Shown here: positions 1 to 11,995 of the stretch, piece after piece
Numbering within the stretch: position 1 is the stretch's first letter
How the letters are laid out: each line of letters opens with the position of its first letter
Origin: Scyliorhinus canicula
Taxonomy: Eukaryota
Length of the DNA stretch: 64,000 nt
Direction: 5' to 3'
NCBI RefSeq assembly: GCF_902713615.1
Contig: NC_052175.1
Location: forward strand, 2,717,620-2,781,619
The notes under the pieces: generated by a model
Databases searched by the model: none
What the model saw: the letters and a program-made list of their open reading frames with translations, nothing else
What the model was told of the DNA's origin: nothing
Program-made: the position numbers and the translations under genes

Positions 1-790
1 CTGTAACCTGGGATAAATACCATCAGAACCTGGGAACTTGTCCACCTTAATGCGTTTTAAAATACCCAAAACTGCGCCCTTCCTTATGGCGACGACCTAG
101 AATATTTAAACATCCATCCCTAAACTCAACATCCGTCATGTCCCTGGATGAATACCGATGCAAAGTACTCATTAAGAATCTCAACCATTTCCTCTAACTC
201 CACGCATCAATTTCTTCTTTTGTCTTTGAGTGGGCCAATCCATTCTCTAGTTACCCTTTTGCTCCTTATATACGAATAAAAAGCTTTGGGATTTTCCTTA
301 ACCCTGTTAGCCAAATATATTACATGATCCGTTTTAGCCCTCTTTATTGCGCGTTTGAGATTTGTCCTACTTTCCCGATATTCCGCCAAAGCTTCATCAG
401 TTTTGAGTCACCTCGATCTTACGTATGCTTCCTTTTTCATCTGAGCTAGTCTCACAATTCCACCCGTCATCAATGTTCCCTAATCTTGGCATTTCTATCC
501 ACATTTTCACAGGGACATGTCTTTCCTGCACTCTAATCAACCTTTCCTTAAAAGAGTCCCACATTTCAAATGTGGATTTACCCTTAAACAGCTGATCCCA
601 ATCTACATTCCCTTGCTCCTGCCGAATTTCTGATACTTGCCATTTCTCAAATTTAGCACTCTTCCTTTAGGACCATTCTGCTCTTTGTCCATGAGTATTC
701 TAAATCTTACGGAATTGTGATCGCTTGTCCCAAAGTAATCACCGACTGAACTTCAACCAAATGGCCGGGATCATTCCCCAATACCAGGTC
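1..790 (-). mobile_element. CR1-clade LINE fragment (ORF2, region between endonuclease and RT), degenerate
   Basis: ORF 207-389 (NRVKENPKAFYSYIRSKRVTREWIGPLKD) is homologous to ORF2 of the intact CR1 at 11996-15808; frameshifts present; ends approximate. Confidence 0.8.
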
Positions 791-857
791 CAATATGGCC
801 CCTTCCCAAGTTGGACTATTTACATACTGATGTCAGTGATGAGCTTTAAAAAACACT

Positions 858-1183
858 TAGAACATAGAACAGTACATTCGGCCCTCGATGTTGTGCCGAG
901 CAATGATCACACTACTCAAACCCACATATCCACCCTACACCCGTAACCCAACAACCCCCTCCTTAACCTTACTTTTTAGGACACTACGGGCAATTTAGCA
1001 TGGCCAATCCACCTAACCCGCACATCTTTGAACTGTGGGAGGAAACCGGAGCAACCGGAGGAAACCCACGCACACACGGGGAGGACGTGCAGACTCCGCA
1101 CAGACAGTGACGCAGCCGGGAACCGAACCTCTTACCTGGAGCTGTGAAGCATTTATGCTAACCACCATGCTACCGTGCTGCCC
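858..1183 (-). mobile_element. HE1-type tRNA-derived SINE
   Basis: Minus strand begins GGGCAGCACGGTAGCATGGTGGTTAGC, has box B GGTTCGGTTCCC, and ends in a GTTCTAT-type tail like the local CR1 3' end; near-identical to copies at 30933 and 37357. Confidence 0.85.
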
Positions 1184-1464
1184 TTCACTCACTGGCTTTT
1201 CACTGTGGGAACTGTTCATTCGGATTTCTGAAATAATAAATGCAATCAGTACTTTTAACAATGGACAATAAAAAAACTTCATTAAAATATCGGTGTTAAG
1301 CATCCATAGTCACCCGATCAGCCGCAATATGAATTCCAAATCCAAATGAGGGTGAATATTCTCGGCTGGATCACGAGGCAGTATCGGCAAAGGATAAAAT
1401 GCTCAATCCTGACAGAGACAAACAATTAGAAGCTGCTGCTGGGTCAAATGATTCTTTATGGGAA

Positions 1465-1757
1465 ATTCTCAGAGGAAACATGACTGAGTTTAGGACTGAG
1501 TTTAGGAGGAACTTCTTCACCCAAAGGGTTGTGAATCTATGGAATTCCTTGCCCAGTGAAGTAGTTGAGGCTCCCTCATTACATGTTTTTAAGGTAAAGA
1601 TAGATAGTTTTTTGAAGAATAAAGAGATTAAGGGTTATGATGTTCGGGCCGGAAAGTGGAGCTGAGTCCACAAAAGATCAGCCATCATCTCATTGAATGG
1701 CGGAGCAGGCTCGAGGTGCCAGATGGCCCACTCCTGCTCCTAGTTCTTATGTTCTTA
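1465..1757 (+). mobile_element. CR1 LINE 3' terminal fragment
   Basis: Encodes RRNFFTQRVVNLWNSLP (CR1 ORF2 C-terminus), then a 3' UTR ending in CCTAGTTCTTATGTTCTT. Confidence 0.8.
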
Positions 1758-3007
1758 TTTTCTTATGACTCAATTCTGAACACAAAGCAGGAAAATCCGT
1801 GCAAAAATTCTGTGAAAGACCCCTCATGAACTGAAGTCATGGAATCCTCAGCAGACTGGTCAGGAATGGAAGGTGGAAGAAAAGAATGAGATAGATTCAG
1901 GTTGTTGTGAAGAGTCTGTTTACAGGAATCACTGGCATCATGAGTTGTGAAATTAACTATACTCAGAGCTTCACCTTTTCTGCAGAAATGCTTGACCTTC
2001 CAATGCGAAGTAGCGGGGGAGTAAATCTTGCAGCAGAGAACCGGTCGAGCAACAACGAGGCGCATTGTCTGTGACCGCACCTGTTTGCTGTGAGCGTGTA
2101 AAATGCCTCGCCCACAGCCCATTTGGAGCTTTGCAAAGCGCATTGAGGTCTGGATATCAGTGCCCGAGATTGTGACCACTCTGCTTGAGATGGAAAATGA
2201 TGTTCGAGCCAAAAGCTCTCTGTGGTTTTCCTGTTTTTACAGTTGAGGCGCTTCATCCACCGAACTGCGTTCAGAGGTCACACACTGGCAGTCAATGTGA
2301 AACTGTAGACAGCATGCGGGGTTACCGCCCAGCGTGGATTCAACTAAACAGAGAACAGGCTGGTATACAATCATGCTCATTAACAGTGTGTTAATTAATG
2401 TTATACCGATTTCCTATTCCCCTGTCAGAGATTTTAACAAAATTAACTGATTCCCAACTTTATTCACAATTGCACAATGTATTCATGAGCGTCTCACTGG
2501 GATCGCACTTTGTAATATCGGCACACATAGAACACGGCAATACACGAAGGGAGATGGGAACAAGACCCCGATTGTCCTCCAAACCGCACACTGGCCTGGG
2601 ACTTTATCGCCATTTCTTTACTGTCCGTGGATCAAACGCCTGGACAAACGAGCCTAAAGGTTCGTGTGCCGACACGCCATGGACTACAGTGGTGAACAAA
2701 CCAGCCCCTGATCTCCTTCCAAAAGAACAATTAAAAATACATCATCGGAACTGGCCCTTCGGCCCTCCACGCATGTTCTGATCATGAAGGCCTAAAAAAA
2801 ATATGCTGCCCTTACTCGTATTCCTCTATTTCCCCCTCTTCATCTGCCCATCCAGATGCATCTTAAATGATGTTGATGTGCCTGATTTCACCACATCCTC
2901 TCGCCGCGCGTTCCAGGCACACACCGCTCTCTGCATGATAAACTTACCCGCACATCGCCATTGAACATATCTCCTCTCACCTTGCACCTGTGGCCTCTTG
3001 TAATTGA

Positions 3008-3190
3008 AATGAAATTAAATGAAAATCGCTTAATGTCACAAGGAGGCTTCAATGAATTTAATGTGAGAAGCCCCTAGTCACCACATTCCGGAACCTGTTC
3101 GGGGAGGCTGGTACGGGAATTGAACCGTGCTGCTGGCCTGCCTTGGTCTGCTTGAAAAGCCAGCTGTTTAGCCATGGGCTAAACCAGCAC
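3008..3190 (-). mobile_element. Short tRNA-derived SINE-like repeat (second family) with (TTTCA)n tail
   Basis: Minus strand has box A-like TTTAGCCCATGG, box B GGTTCAATTCCC and an ATTTC tail; 5'-truncated copies at ~23122-23237 and ~42274-42390. Confidence 0.65.
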
Positions 3191-4303
3191 CATACGTCCA
3201 CCCTTGGAAAAGAGACTCTGGGTTTCCACCCTGTCTATCCCTCTCATAATGTAGAGACATTTAGGGAAGGACAATTAATGCCGCACTGACCAGCGATCAT
3301 CACATCCTATGAACGAACGAGAATAAATTGGTGACCTCTTGCTTTCATCAGAAGGTCAATGCAAATATTTGTATTTACAAAAAGGTACATGGGACAACTT
3401 TCAATCACTATCTCTTAATTTCTCTCCTCTAATGTCTTTCCTTACTGCAGCTTCTAAGAAATGTACTCTGCCCGGCATGTATTGAATATCCACTGATAAT
3501 GGTTTCCAAATATTTCCTAAGGCATATCTTTAGGAAACTGTGGGGCATTGTATTGGGTATGTCGACCACCAGAAACCTTTATTCGCGGATTTACGAACAG
3601 ATGGCATGCAGGCTAAATTAACTCGAGTAACCTCCGTGTTCATCGATTAATAATGCTGTCTACTATTTTACCCAAAGGGGAAATTCTTTTAACATAACCC
3701 ATTGGCAACGCGGAAAGCAAGTCATTTCTGCTCGAAATGTTGTTTAAAGAAGCCACTGAATCAACATCAGAATGTGCGAGTGTGAACGCGGCTCAGAATC
3801 GAAATACAAACAGGTTGACGAGACGCCCAAGGTTCTGGTTTGTCCCTGACGCTACTCAAAAGATTGGTTTATTCGATCTGTGAATGATCCGAAAGCAACG
3901 CCCATTTTCATGATCTTGTTGGTGATATTCAGTAGAAAAACACACAGAAGGCTACAGAAGAAAATGATTCTAATTCTGTTGAATTGTTTTTATACTTTGG
4001 TCCTTGTGTGGAATACTGGGACTAACTGCAAATTACTGCCCACACGCCAAACTACAAAAAGGATATTGGCAAAGGAGCAAACACGATTAACAAGAATGAG
4101 AGCAGGGTCGAAATGTCATAAATAACTAGAAATGAGGAACAGGCTGTGAATTGTTTAACTGGCGAAGACAAGGCTGACAGACGACCTGGTAGATGCCTTA
4201 TAAATTATATCAGCAACATCATGCCAATGACAATCTGGGATGGGTAAACTTGAGTTAATTACTAACTTCAATATTCAGCATAGATACCTGCAGTTATTAT
4301 TTC

Positions 4304-4330
4304 GCCCCGCCTCTGAACTACAGCCAATCA
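4304..4330 (+). promoter_or_regulatory. Putative proximal promoter of the IgSF receptor gene: GC box plus CCAAT box
   Basis: GCCCCGCC at 4304-4311 and CAGCCAATCAG (CCAAT 4324-4328), about 240 bp upstream of the ATG; motif match only. Confidence 0.45.
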
Positions 4331-4564
4331 GATTGTTGTGAGGTCTTCTGTTTCTTGTCAGCTGGGACACACAGGCGGTGACGGCAGTGCAAATGATCGT
4401 CATATTCACTAAGACACCGCTCACAGAATGGTGTCATACTTTCCAGAGAACAGATCGTCATCGTTTCCACCGGATCTGGCCCTGAGCTCGGGTCAGTCTG
4501 TGGTCACTCCGGCCGCAGCAACAAGCGAGTGAGAGCGAAAATGGGGAGTAGTCTCCGGCTCAAG

Positions 4565-4619
4565 ATGGCGAAGGAAACTTTTCCCCTGATACTCATTTTC
4601 CTGGTGCTGAGGGGGTACG
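4565..4619 (+). CDS. V-C1 IgSF receptor, exon 1 (signal peptide)
   Basis: MAKETFPLILIFLVLRGY, then phase-1 donor G|GTGAGC at 4620; an in-frame upstream ATG at 4541 would add MGSSLRLK. Confidence 0.8.
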
Positions 4620-4924
4620 GTGAGCAAGCGGCGGTGGGAAATTTAACCGGAATTACCTTCGTTCAGTAAAATGTGAGAATGTGTGTTTCTTGAACTAAAA
4701 CTGTGACCAGTTATCAGGTGAAGGGATTTCATCAGATTGTGCCAATGTGTTTACTGCCTCCTCCTATAAACCGAAGCAGAAATAAAATCAAGAATAAATC
4801 TCACCAAAAACGCTGTAAAACAACAATGAGATTGTTCTTTTATTACAGCTCAAGCGTTTCAAAGCGGATGTTTCCAATCTCTAAATAATCATTGATGACG
4901 AAACAATAATATCTCTGGTTACAG

Positions 4925-5251
4925 ATTCCGAGTCCGCTCTGTCTCACATCCCCTTCGCAATGACAGCTGAAGTCGGGCAGATCGTGGAATTAACCTGTCA
5001 TTACATTTACGAAGTGGAAGTGGTGTCTCGCTATGGCTGGTATAAACAAGGAGTGGGTGAAGCACCGAAAGCAATCGACATTTCATCCTCTAACGGGGCG
5101 GGTGGTAAGTTCATTTCTAAAAAAGGCAACAGCAAAAATATACTGATTCTGGAAATCCGCAATGTCCAGGCGAATGATTCGGGTTCCTACTACTGTGTTC
5201 AGAAAGCTAGCTATGCACCACTCCAGAAAGCTGCTACACTACTGGTTGGAG
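4925..5251 (+). CDS. V-C1 IgSF receptor, exon 2 (V-set domain with germline-joined J-like G strand)
   Basis: Acceptor TTACAG|; LTC...GWYKQ...LEIRNVQANDSGSYYC...LQKAATLLVG; phase-1 donor G|GTAAGA at 5252. Confidence 0.9.
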
Positions 5252-5341
5252 GTAAGAGAACAATTGAAATTAATTCTGATCATGCACCGTATTATCATTT
5301 TGTGTGAATCAATCGTTGACCATGTCTCAATCTGTGTCCAG

Positions 5342-5671
5342 ACAGTTCCACCAATAAGACGGCGGTGCTGATATTTGTGCCACAGGAGGAGGGGAATTCC
5401 AGGGAAACCGTCCCCTTGGTGTGTTTGGTCAGTGGACTTTCTTCAAACCGGATTGCTATTTTCTGGAATATTTCCGGCCTTGTAACCGAGGGATCGTGCG
5501 ATCCCGGTACACTGGAGGAGGACGAGACCTACAGCATCACCAGCCAGATCATGGTGTCGATGGATATGTGGAGAAACGGCGATCTCTGTACTTGTATTGT
5601 TCAATTGGGGTCTCCCAACAAAAATTCGACAAAGAGCGTGTTGTTCCCCAAAGCAGCAGAAACAAGGACAG
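5342..5671 (+). CDS. V-C1 IgSF receptor, exon 3 (C1-set domain)
   Basis: Acceptor GTCCAG|; VPLVCLVSG...IFWN...TYSITSQIMVSMDMWRNGDLCTCIVQ resembles Ig/TCR constant domains; phase-1 donor G|GTGAGT at 5672. Confidence 0.9.
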
Positions 5672-7675
5672 GTGAGTTGACGATCTTCACAATGATGGTT
5701 TGAATTCAAGTTAAAATCAATAAGAATGATTAGCTCGAAGCTAAGACTCTGAAGCCTGTTAAATAAAAACAAAGGCTTTCCAATATTTATCCAGATAGCT
5801 TCGTCATATTTTCCCTTGAAACTAGAATCTGGTTTTCCTTTCCGAAGTTATTGATTCTGCATCCACCACCTTTTTTACGCAGTCGGCTTTGGAATTGACT
5901 TGTGATCAGTTCTCCGCTGGATGAACTTCAGAAACAGAAACCAGACAAAAGTGGAAATTTTTGTCTAGGAATGACTTGTTTTCTGAGACATTCATTTATT
6001 TTCTCTGAATCTCATTTTCCAGAACCTATCATCCGCGTAATATCTGCTTCATTGGTTTAATCCTGCTTCCTGAGTCCTGTAATGTTTTAGAACATTAAAC
6101 TCTGGGCCTAATTCTTCACAGAAATGTCATTTTCAGAATGTATCCCAAGTGTATCACACAGACTTTACTTGGGCAGGCGAGTCAGAGCTTTATTGTCACA
6201 AACCATTGACAGTGGCAGGGCGATTACTAATGCATGAATAGCTCCAAACATTAGCAATAAGGCAGAAAGTAGAGTAATAAGGGAGCTGTGATGCACGTTA
6301 ACAGAACTCTGGTTCAGCATCAACTGGAGTATTACGTCCAATCTGGGCACCAGACTGTATTGAGAATGTATTAGAGGCTGTGCAGAAAAGATTCACGGGA
6401 TTGGTGTCACGGATGGGAAAATAAATTCACATGCATTACCGACAGTGTTCTGCTTCGAGAAGAGAACTTTGACCAGATATGTGACAGTGACGTTTACAGA
6501 TCAGGAGGGATCTGGGCAGAGTACAGAGTGAAAATCTGTAATCAGTGACAGAAGGATGGCGGGCTAGGAGGCACAAAAGTTCTGTGATTGGGAAAGTAAT
6601 GAACTGCAACATGATGGAGAACCCTTCTGAACACTGAAAGTTCATATTTTCAATACACTGCCTGATAGTGGGGTTGAAGCAGTTCAATCTTGGCTTTCGA
6701 AAGGGATCTGGAAAATGGTGAGAAATGGAAAAATGAGTAGCGAGAAGGGAAATTGTAGGCGAGTGGAATTAAGCGGGTTGTTGCTGCAGAGAGGTAGCAG
6801 AGAGTTGGTGGGCTGCATGGCATCCTCCTGTGCTGCAATCATTATCTGATTCAGTAATGTTTGGAGATGGTATTGGGAAGGTAACTTAATGCTGTAAGAC
6901 AGACTGAATCATTCAATTTTTAAATTGATGAATCGAGACTAAAAGCAAGGGGGCTGGCTGCTCACGTTCACTGGATTGTGATCAGCTGGACACAGCTTTT
7001 TATGGGAGGGAGTCACAAGTCTATCGGGAGAGCCGACGAGATTTGTTAGGAACTGGCGTCTTCAGTTAATGTGGAGAGACTGGAGAAGCTTGTAATCGTC
7101 TCCTTGCGGAAGAGAGGGTTAAGAGGAGAAATGATCGAGTCGGCAATCAACACCAGAACATTTTGATGAAGTAACTAATAGAAATAGTGTCCAATGGCAG
7201 GAGGTGAGCAATCAAGGGGTCACGGATTAAAGATAATCAGCAAAGGGCTGGGGATGTATGGAGAGTGCGATTTACACAGAGAGTTATTGTTGTCCGGCAG
7301 ACGGGGCAAAATCATATTTAATAGCTACTTTCAGAAGGGGCTTTGCAGAAATATTTAATGGGGAGCAATGTGCAGGTCTATGAGGGAAAGCTGTGGGAGA
7401 TTAACCCAATTTGTATAGAACTTTCAGAGTTGACACAAGGACAAAGGGCAGCATCATTCACTGGCTCAGTTTTTCACTATGATATCAGGGTGCTGTTTAC
7501 ATCATACTGATGCATTGCCAGTGTGGTACAACACTGACAGGTCTATCAGATAATTGATATCCATGGCCTAACATTGTGCACTCGAATACTCTTGCCATTG
7601 TCTTATTCGGAGATGTTTCCAATACCTTTAATATAGTTAATTTTCCAAAACACTTCACGAGAACGAAATCAAATG

Positions 7676-7995
7676 ACGGCACGGCAGCACAGTGGTGAGC
7701 ACTGTTGCTTCACAGCTCCAGGGTCCCAGTTTCGGTTCCAGGGTTGTGTATGTGCGGAGTTTGCACGCACTCCCCGTGTCTGCGTGGGTTTCCACCGGGC
7801 GCTCCGGTTTCCTCCCACAGTTAAAAAGATGTGCAGTTAGGTGGATTGACCGTTCGAAATTGTCCATCGTGTCCAAAATGTTTAGGTGGGGTTACTGGGT
7901 TATGGGGACAGGGTGAAGGGTGCTATTTCCGAGGGCCGATGAAAACTCGATTGGCCGAATGGACTCCTTCTGTAGTGTAAATTCTATGATTCCAT
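7676..7995 (+). mobile_element. HE1-type tRNA-derived SINE in intron 3 of the IgSF gene
   Basis: Head CACGGCAGCACAGTGGTGAGCACTGTTGCTTCACAGCTCCAGGG, conserved CCGGTTTCCTCCCACAG core, CR1-like 3' tail. Confidence 0.8.
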
Positions 7996-8151
7996 TTCAC
8001 GTTTTGCTATCAGTTCCCTGGGCTTTACTTTCCCTCTTTCACTCCCAAGGTACAGGTTCCGACTTTTTAACTGAGTTCATTTTCCCAGCAGAGAATCCCA
8101 GGAGATAAGGATGTGACAGAGAAGCAGATTCTAATTGTTTTGTCTCTGCAG

Positions 8152-8253
8152 GATGGTGCAGTCGGGCCCTTCCCGCTTTCATCACTGTCCTGGTGGTTCT
8201 GGTTCTCTTGTTGATTCTACTTTCTATTTGGATTTGTAAAGGCGGCAGAGCAG
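8152..8253 (+). CDS. V-C1 IgSF receptor, exon 4 (transmembrane)
   Basis: Acceptor TTTTGTCTCTGCAG|; GWCSRALPAFITVLVVLVLLLILLSIWICKGGRA; phase-1 donor G|GTGAGG. Confidence 0.85.
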
Positions 8254-8351
8254 GTGAGGAATTCTGTTCATGAGGGATATGCCGTGATTGTCTATCCAAT
8301 GTCATTCCCTTCTCTTGGTGTTATTTTGCTAATTGTCGTTTCTTGTTTCAG

Positions 8352-8382
8352 GAAAATGGGACAACGAAAGCCAAAATGAAAA
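8352..8382 (+). CDS. V-C1 IgSF receptor, exon 5 (cytoplasmic, 31 nt)
   Basis: Acceptor TCTTGTTTCAG|; GKWDNESQNE; phase-2 donor AA|GTAAGT. Confidence 0.75.
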
Positions 8383-8618
8383 GTAAGTAACTGAGACATT
8401 TGCAAAGTACATCACGAACACTCTCTTTGTGTTCAGTATTGTGTGAAGTCCAGTTCCAACCCAACTCTGACTTCAATGTTTCCTGTTGACATTCTGTTCT
8501 ATATTTGAAGATGAATCTAAAACTGCTGTACAATTAATGATTTTCACATCTTTTTCTGGGACCTGGGCCAGGATTTGGATGACCTAACACTTTCAGAATT
8601 CTTCTTGTCCTTTTTCAG

Positions 8619-8671
8619 TTTTAGTTTGAGAGAGACAAAACAAAGACAGGGGCGGAATGAGCGACAAACAG
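8619..8671 (+). CDS. V-C1 IgSF receptor, exon 6 (cytoplasmic, 53 nt)
   Basis: Acceptor CCTTTTTCAG| (an in-frame alternative AG lies 6 nt downstream); NFSLRETKQRQGRNERQT; phase-1 donor G|GTAAGT. Confidence 0.7.
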
Positions 8672-9113
8672 GTAAGTTCCATTGAAACATTGGCACAGAT
8701 TAAATATCAAATGGCGGGAATTCACCGATTGATAAGTGGACCTCCCTCCATCAAAATATTCTTCAATCACCTCATGGAGCCCGAAAACAGCCAATTATTG
8801 ATTTTTAATTCTGCCGGCAATATACCAGGTGGGCAATGGACACATGACAGCCGCGATTGTCCATCCGTTGGCGAATTGGGCTCCATTGACGTATTAACTG
8901 GCAATTGATGCATTGAGGGGCCGTTTATCTATTGGGGGAACACTCGCCTATTTATAAAGCTTTGGCATTGACTCCCATTGACAATTAGGGTAAATTGATG
9001 CATTGAGGCCATTGGCTCGTTGATTCGTCATTGTCTTCGCCTGTCTCGAGCTGAATATCTATTCGTCGGAAGAACATAATATTTAAATTCATATTGCATT
9101 CTTTGATACCTAG

Positions 9114-9163
9114 GCAACCACCGCCAAGTACAGACACAAAAATTACATGACGGTGCGTTACGG
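9114..9163 (+). CDS. V-C1 IgSF receptor, exon 7 (cytoplasmic, 50 nt)
   Basis: Acceptor TTCTTTGATACCTAG|; GNHRQVQTQKLHDGALR; phase-0 donor CGG|GTAAGT; phases match flanking exons. Confidence 0.6.
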
Positions 9164-10361
9164 GTAAGTGCAAATAATATGTTGTCAAGCTGCCCAGATA
9201 ATTGCTGACTTTTGGAATAATATGCAGCCCATCCCACGCTCAATGTTTCACGCGGTTGGCAGCGCACATTCACTTGTTTCAAATTAAACTCGTCGCTTTA
9301 ACTAAAATCAGAAAATATTCCTCTGCGAGGGAGGAGTGGATGAGCGAGGGGTTGTGTTGGGATTGGGGAGCAGGAAGCTCTCGGAGTCCAGCATTGACAT
9401 CAAATCCCTCAACAAACATCCAAATTAAATACATTCACTGGGCCGTTATGAAATGCATGTTCTGGGGACCCTATTGATTCCGAACGGGCTGCCGAATGAC
9501 ATACATTGAAAGCATTGACGAGAATTTTGAAACGTTGCTGTCAAACGACCAGAGTCTTGCAGAGCCGTGTAAGGCGCAAATTAAGAGTAGCGTGGATTGT
9601 GCTACCTGATTTGGTGCTTGAGGGAGAAACATTTCATAAGGTGCCTGGATCTTCACTTAAAATGCTGGAACGTTTAAAGCAAAGGATCGGGAGATGGGCA
9701 GTGTGATAAGAATGGCCAGTGTGCTTTATATTTCAAGTTCGTTTATTTAAGCACTGACAGCATGGTCTAAATGGCCTCTGGATGTGCGCACCCCCCCCCC
9801 CCCCCCCACCGTCTCTGTGTTTCATCGGTGGAAGTCTCTTTATTTTGTCTGGATATGGATTTATCTGCCGGACCTTACAGATAACAGACGGGGAAACATG
9901 ATCATCCGATTCGCTCTTTAACAATAAATATATGGAATAAAAATAACAGTTACATTGACCCCGTTGTCTGGTTATACATTGACGCTGTTTGCTTTAATTT
10001 ACTTTCAAATTTCACTGCTCTATCACAGATCATTTGTGCATACAATTAGTGCAGATAAACATGAAGCAGCATCCTCGCTGATAGATATAGAGGGCACTGG
10101 AGGATGATTGAACAGTGGTTTTCAAAAGGGAATCTGTGAAATGTTTGAAGGGAGGAGAATTGTTGAAGATATGTGGAATGTTAAACAGAGGATTGCACTA
10201 ACTGACTAGCACTTTCAAGGAGGCAGTACGGATTGAATGGACCGAATGGTACCCTTCTTAGTTATCTCATTCTGTCACTTTTTTGAAGTCGAATTCTTTT
10301 CGGAATAAGTTGTCATCTATGTTCACTATTTTTGAATGTCAATGCTTCATATATTTCCCAG

Positions 10362-10442
10362 TCTCAGGGCGGACCTCTCTACGCCTCTCTGGATTTGGCC
10401 GCATTGGAAAAGAGATCAAAAAAGAAGGCAGGTCGCAGATAA
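10362..10442 (+). CDS. V-C1 IgSF receptor, exon 8 (terminal, tyrosine motif)
   Basis: Acceptor ATATTTCCCAG|; SQGGPLYASLDLAALEKRSKKKAGRR-stop; AATAAA at 10513-10518; exon lengths sum to 1029 nt = 342 aa plus stop. Confidence 0.7.
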   Translation, partial: SQGGPLYASLDLAALEKRSKKKAGRR

Positions 10443-11995
10443 GAATTGACAGTTTTTCCTTGATGAATCCTGGAGGAGACAGGTTATGCGGAACAACCCG
10501 AAGCCTTGTGGAAATAAACATAGAGCCAAGGAGACCTCTATCAAGCAGCTAAACTCGCCCCGTGCATTGCGCTAAACACTGATTCCTTTGTTCAGTGTAG
10601 ATTATAAAGTGTTGAGAATCATTTGTTATAACCACTGTAACGATTTCGCTGAGGTATGGCAGAATTCGAGAAAAGTCCAGTGACAATAAGAACACTCGGA
10701 TGATTGCATCGTTCCAGTTACATTTCATTTCAAATGTCGATATGTAAATATAAATAAATTAATCGACCATTAAACGATGTTGCAATACGTCCAATAATTG
10801 ATAAAATATCATCTGCGATTTCTGTTGAGCTGAAAATATCAGTGCAGGATTCAGATGCGTTTCACGGGCTGAGATGTGAATTGGGGAAAGTGATCAAAGT
10901 AACAATAGGCCCAGGTGGGAGAGCTGATTGGTGGTGAGTAAACCTAAAGATCGCCACACCTCATGCGAGTGGCAAAGGTTCAGGAGACGGGCCCTTAATG
11001 AATATCCTCAGCCAGGACGTGAGTTTAACTTCATCAACAAACTCTCGTTCGAGGCAGATGGTCTAAACAGGCCCTGAATAGTCAGGAACAGATGTGGGGA
11101 GTGATGTATGAAATTTCCCATGATTCTATCTTTCCTTTACACAGGAAGTATTGATGGAAACCAATATGTCAGAGGTGGAAGTTTAGAAAGAAGGGGTGGA
11201 TTTGGAACTATGCCCTCGACAAGTGCTGGATTTCCTTGTTGAGTCAGGACCAGTTCTGATCTGATTATTAGGAATTCAGTCTATCATCTTAGCGCCAAGG
11301 CCTGATTCCATTTCGATGGACTTTCCTCTTGTTCTGTCTAGATATTCCAATTCATATCTCCATTCTGATTACTCCGGATGAGCAGATACAAGCATGTTAC
11401 ACTGAGTCACACCAAGGATATCTGCCGATATAAATAAACTCTTTCAATATCAATATCCCAGAAATTTCCCAACCAATCTCTTGATGATTGAAATTAACGC
11501 GCACCAGCATTCTAATTGTTAATGTGAATTTAGATAGTGCGGCAGGAGCAGAGGGGACGAATGGACAGTTGCTTGCTGGAAATGGCCTTCCGATATTGCG
11601 AATGATGTAGAGGATTAATAATAATAGCGTTTAATTTCCCATGCAAAAGTGTACAATTGTATTTGTTTTCACATCCAGTACAGCAGTAAAAACACTTCAA
11701 AAGAATAAACATTGCCTGCATGCCACCATTCATACTTTTGCGAATATATATCATGCATCCATACCACACACGCATAAGACAGTTCACTAAATATCTGTGA
11801 AAAACAGCAAGTTAAATTAACATTATGTGATTCAGTGCTCATGGTACTGGGAACAAACTATTTCTTGATCCGATTCTTCCACGCAACAGGCATAGAACAT
11901 AGAACATAGAACATAGAACGATACAGTGCAGTACAGGCCCTTCGGCCCTCGATGTTGCACCGACATGGAAAAAAAAAAACTAAAGGCCATCTAAC

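Noticed and set aside
1763-2781. ORFs of 97-149 aa and splice-like sites as an upstream gene
   Set aside because: No recognisable domain or consistent exon chain; part resembles a decayed LINE 3' end
7688-7694. CACAGTG heptamer in the IgSF gene intron as a V(D)J RSS
   Set aside because: It lies within a SINE head, and there is no ACAAAAACC-like nonamer at 12- or 23-nt spacing
9791-9810. Long C/G homopolymers here and near 35750, 41140 and 53867
   Set aside because: No functional context, and lengths are unreliable in long-read assemblies; noted only as a caution for the G run at 14891
11145-11242. Alternative terminal exon for the IgSF gene after acceptor TTTACACAG at 11144
   Set aside because: It gives an unremarkable peptide downstream of the AATAAA at 10513; the 10362 exon fits phase and encodes a tyrosine motif. 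It remains possible as a minor isoform
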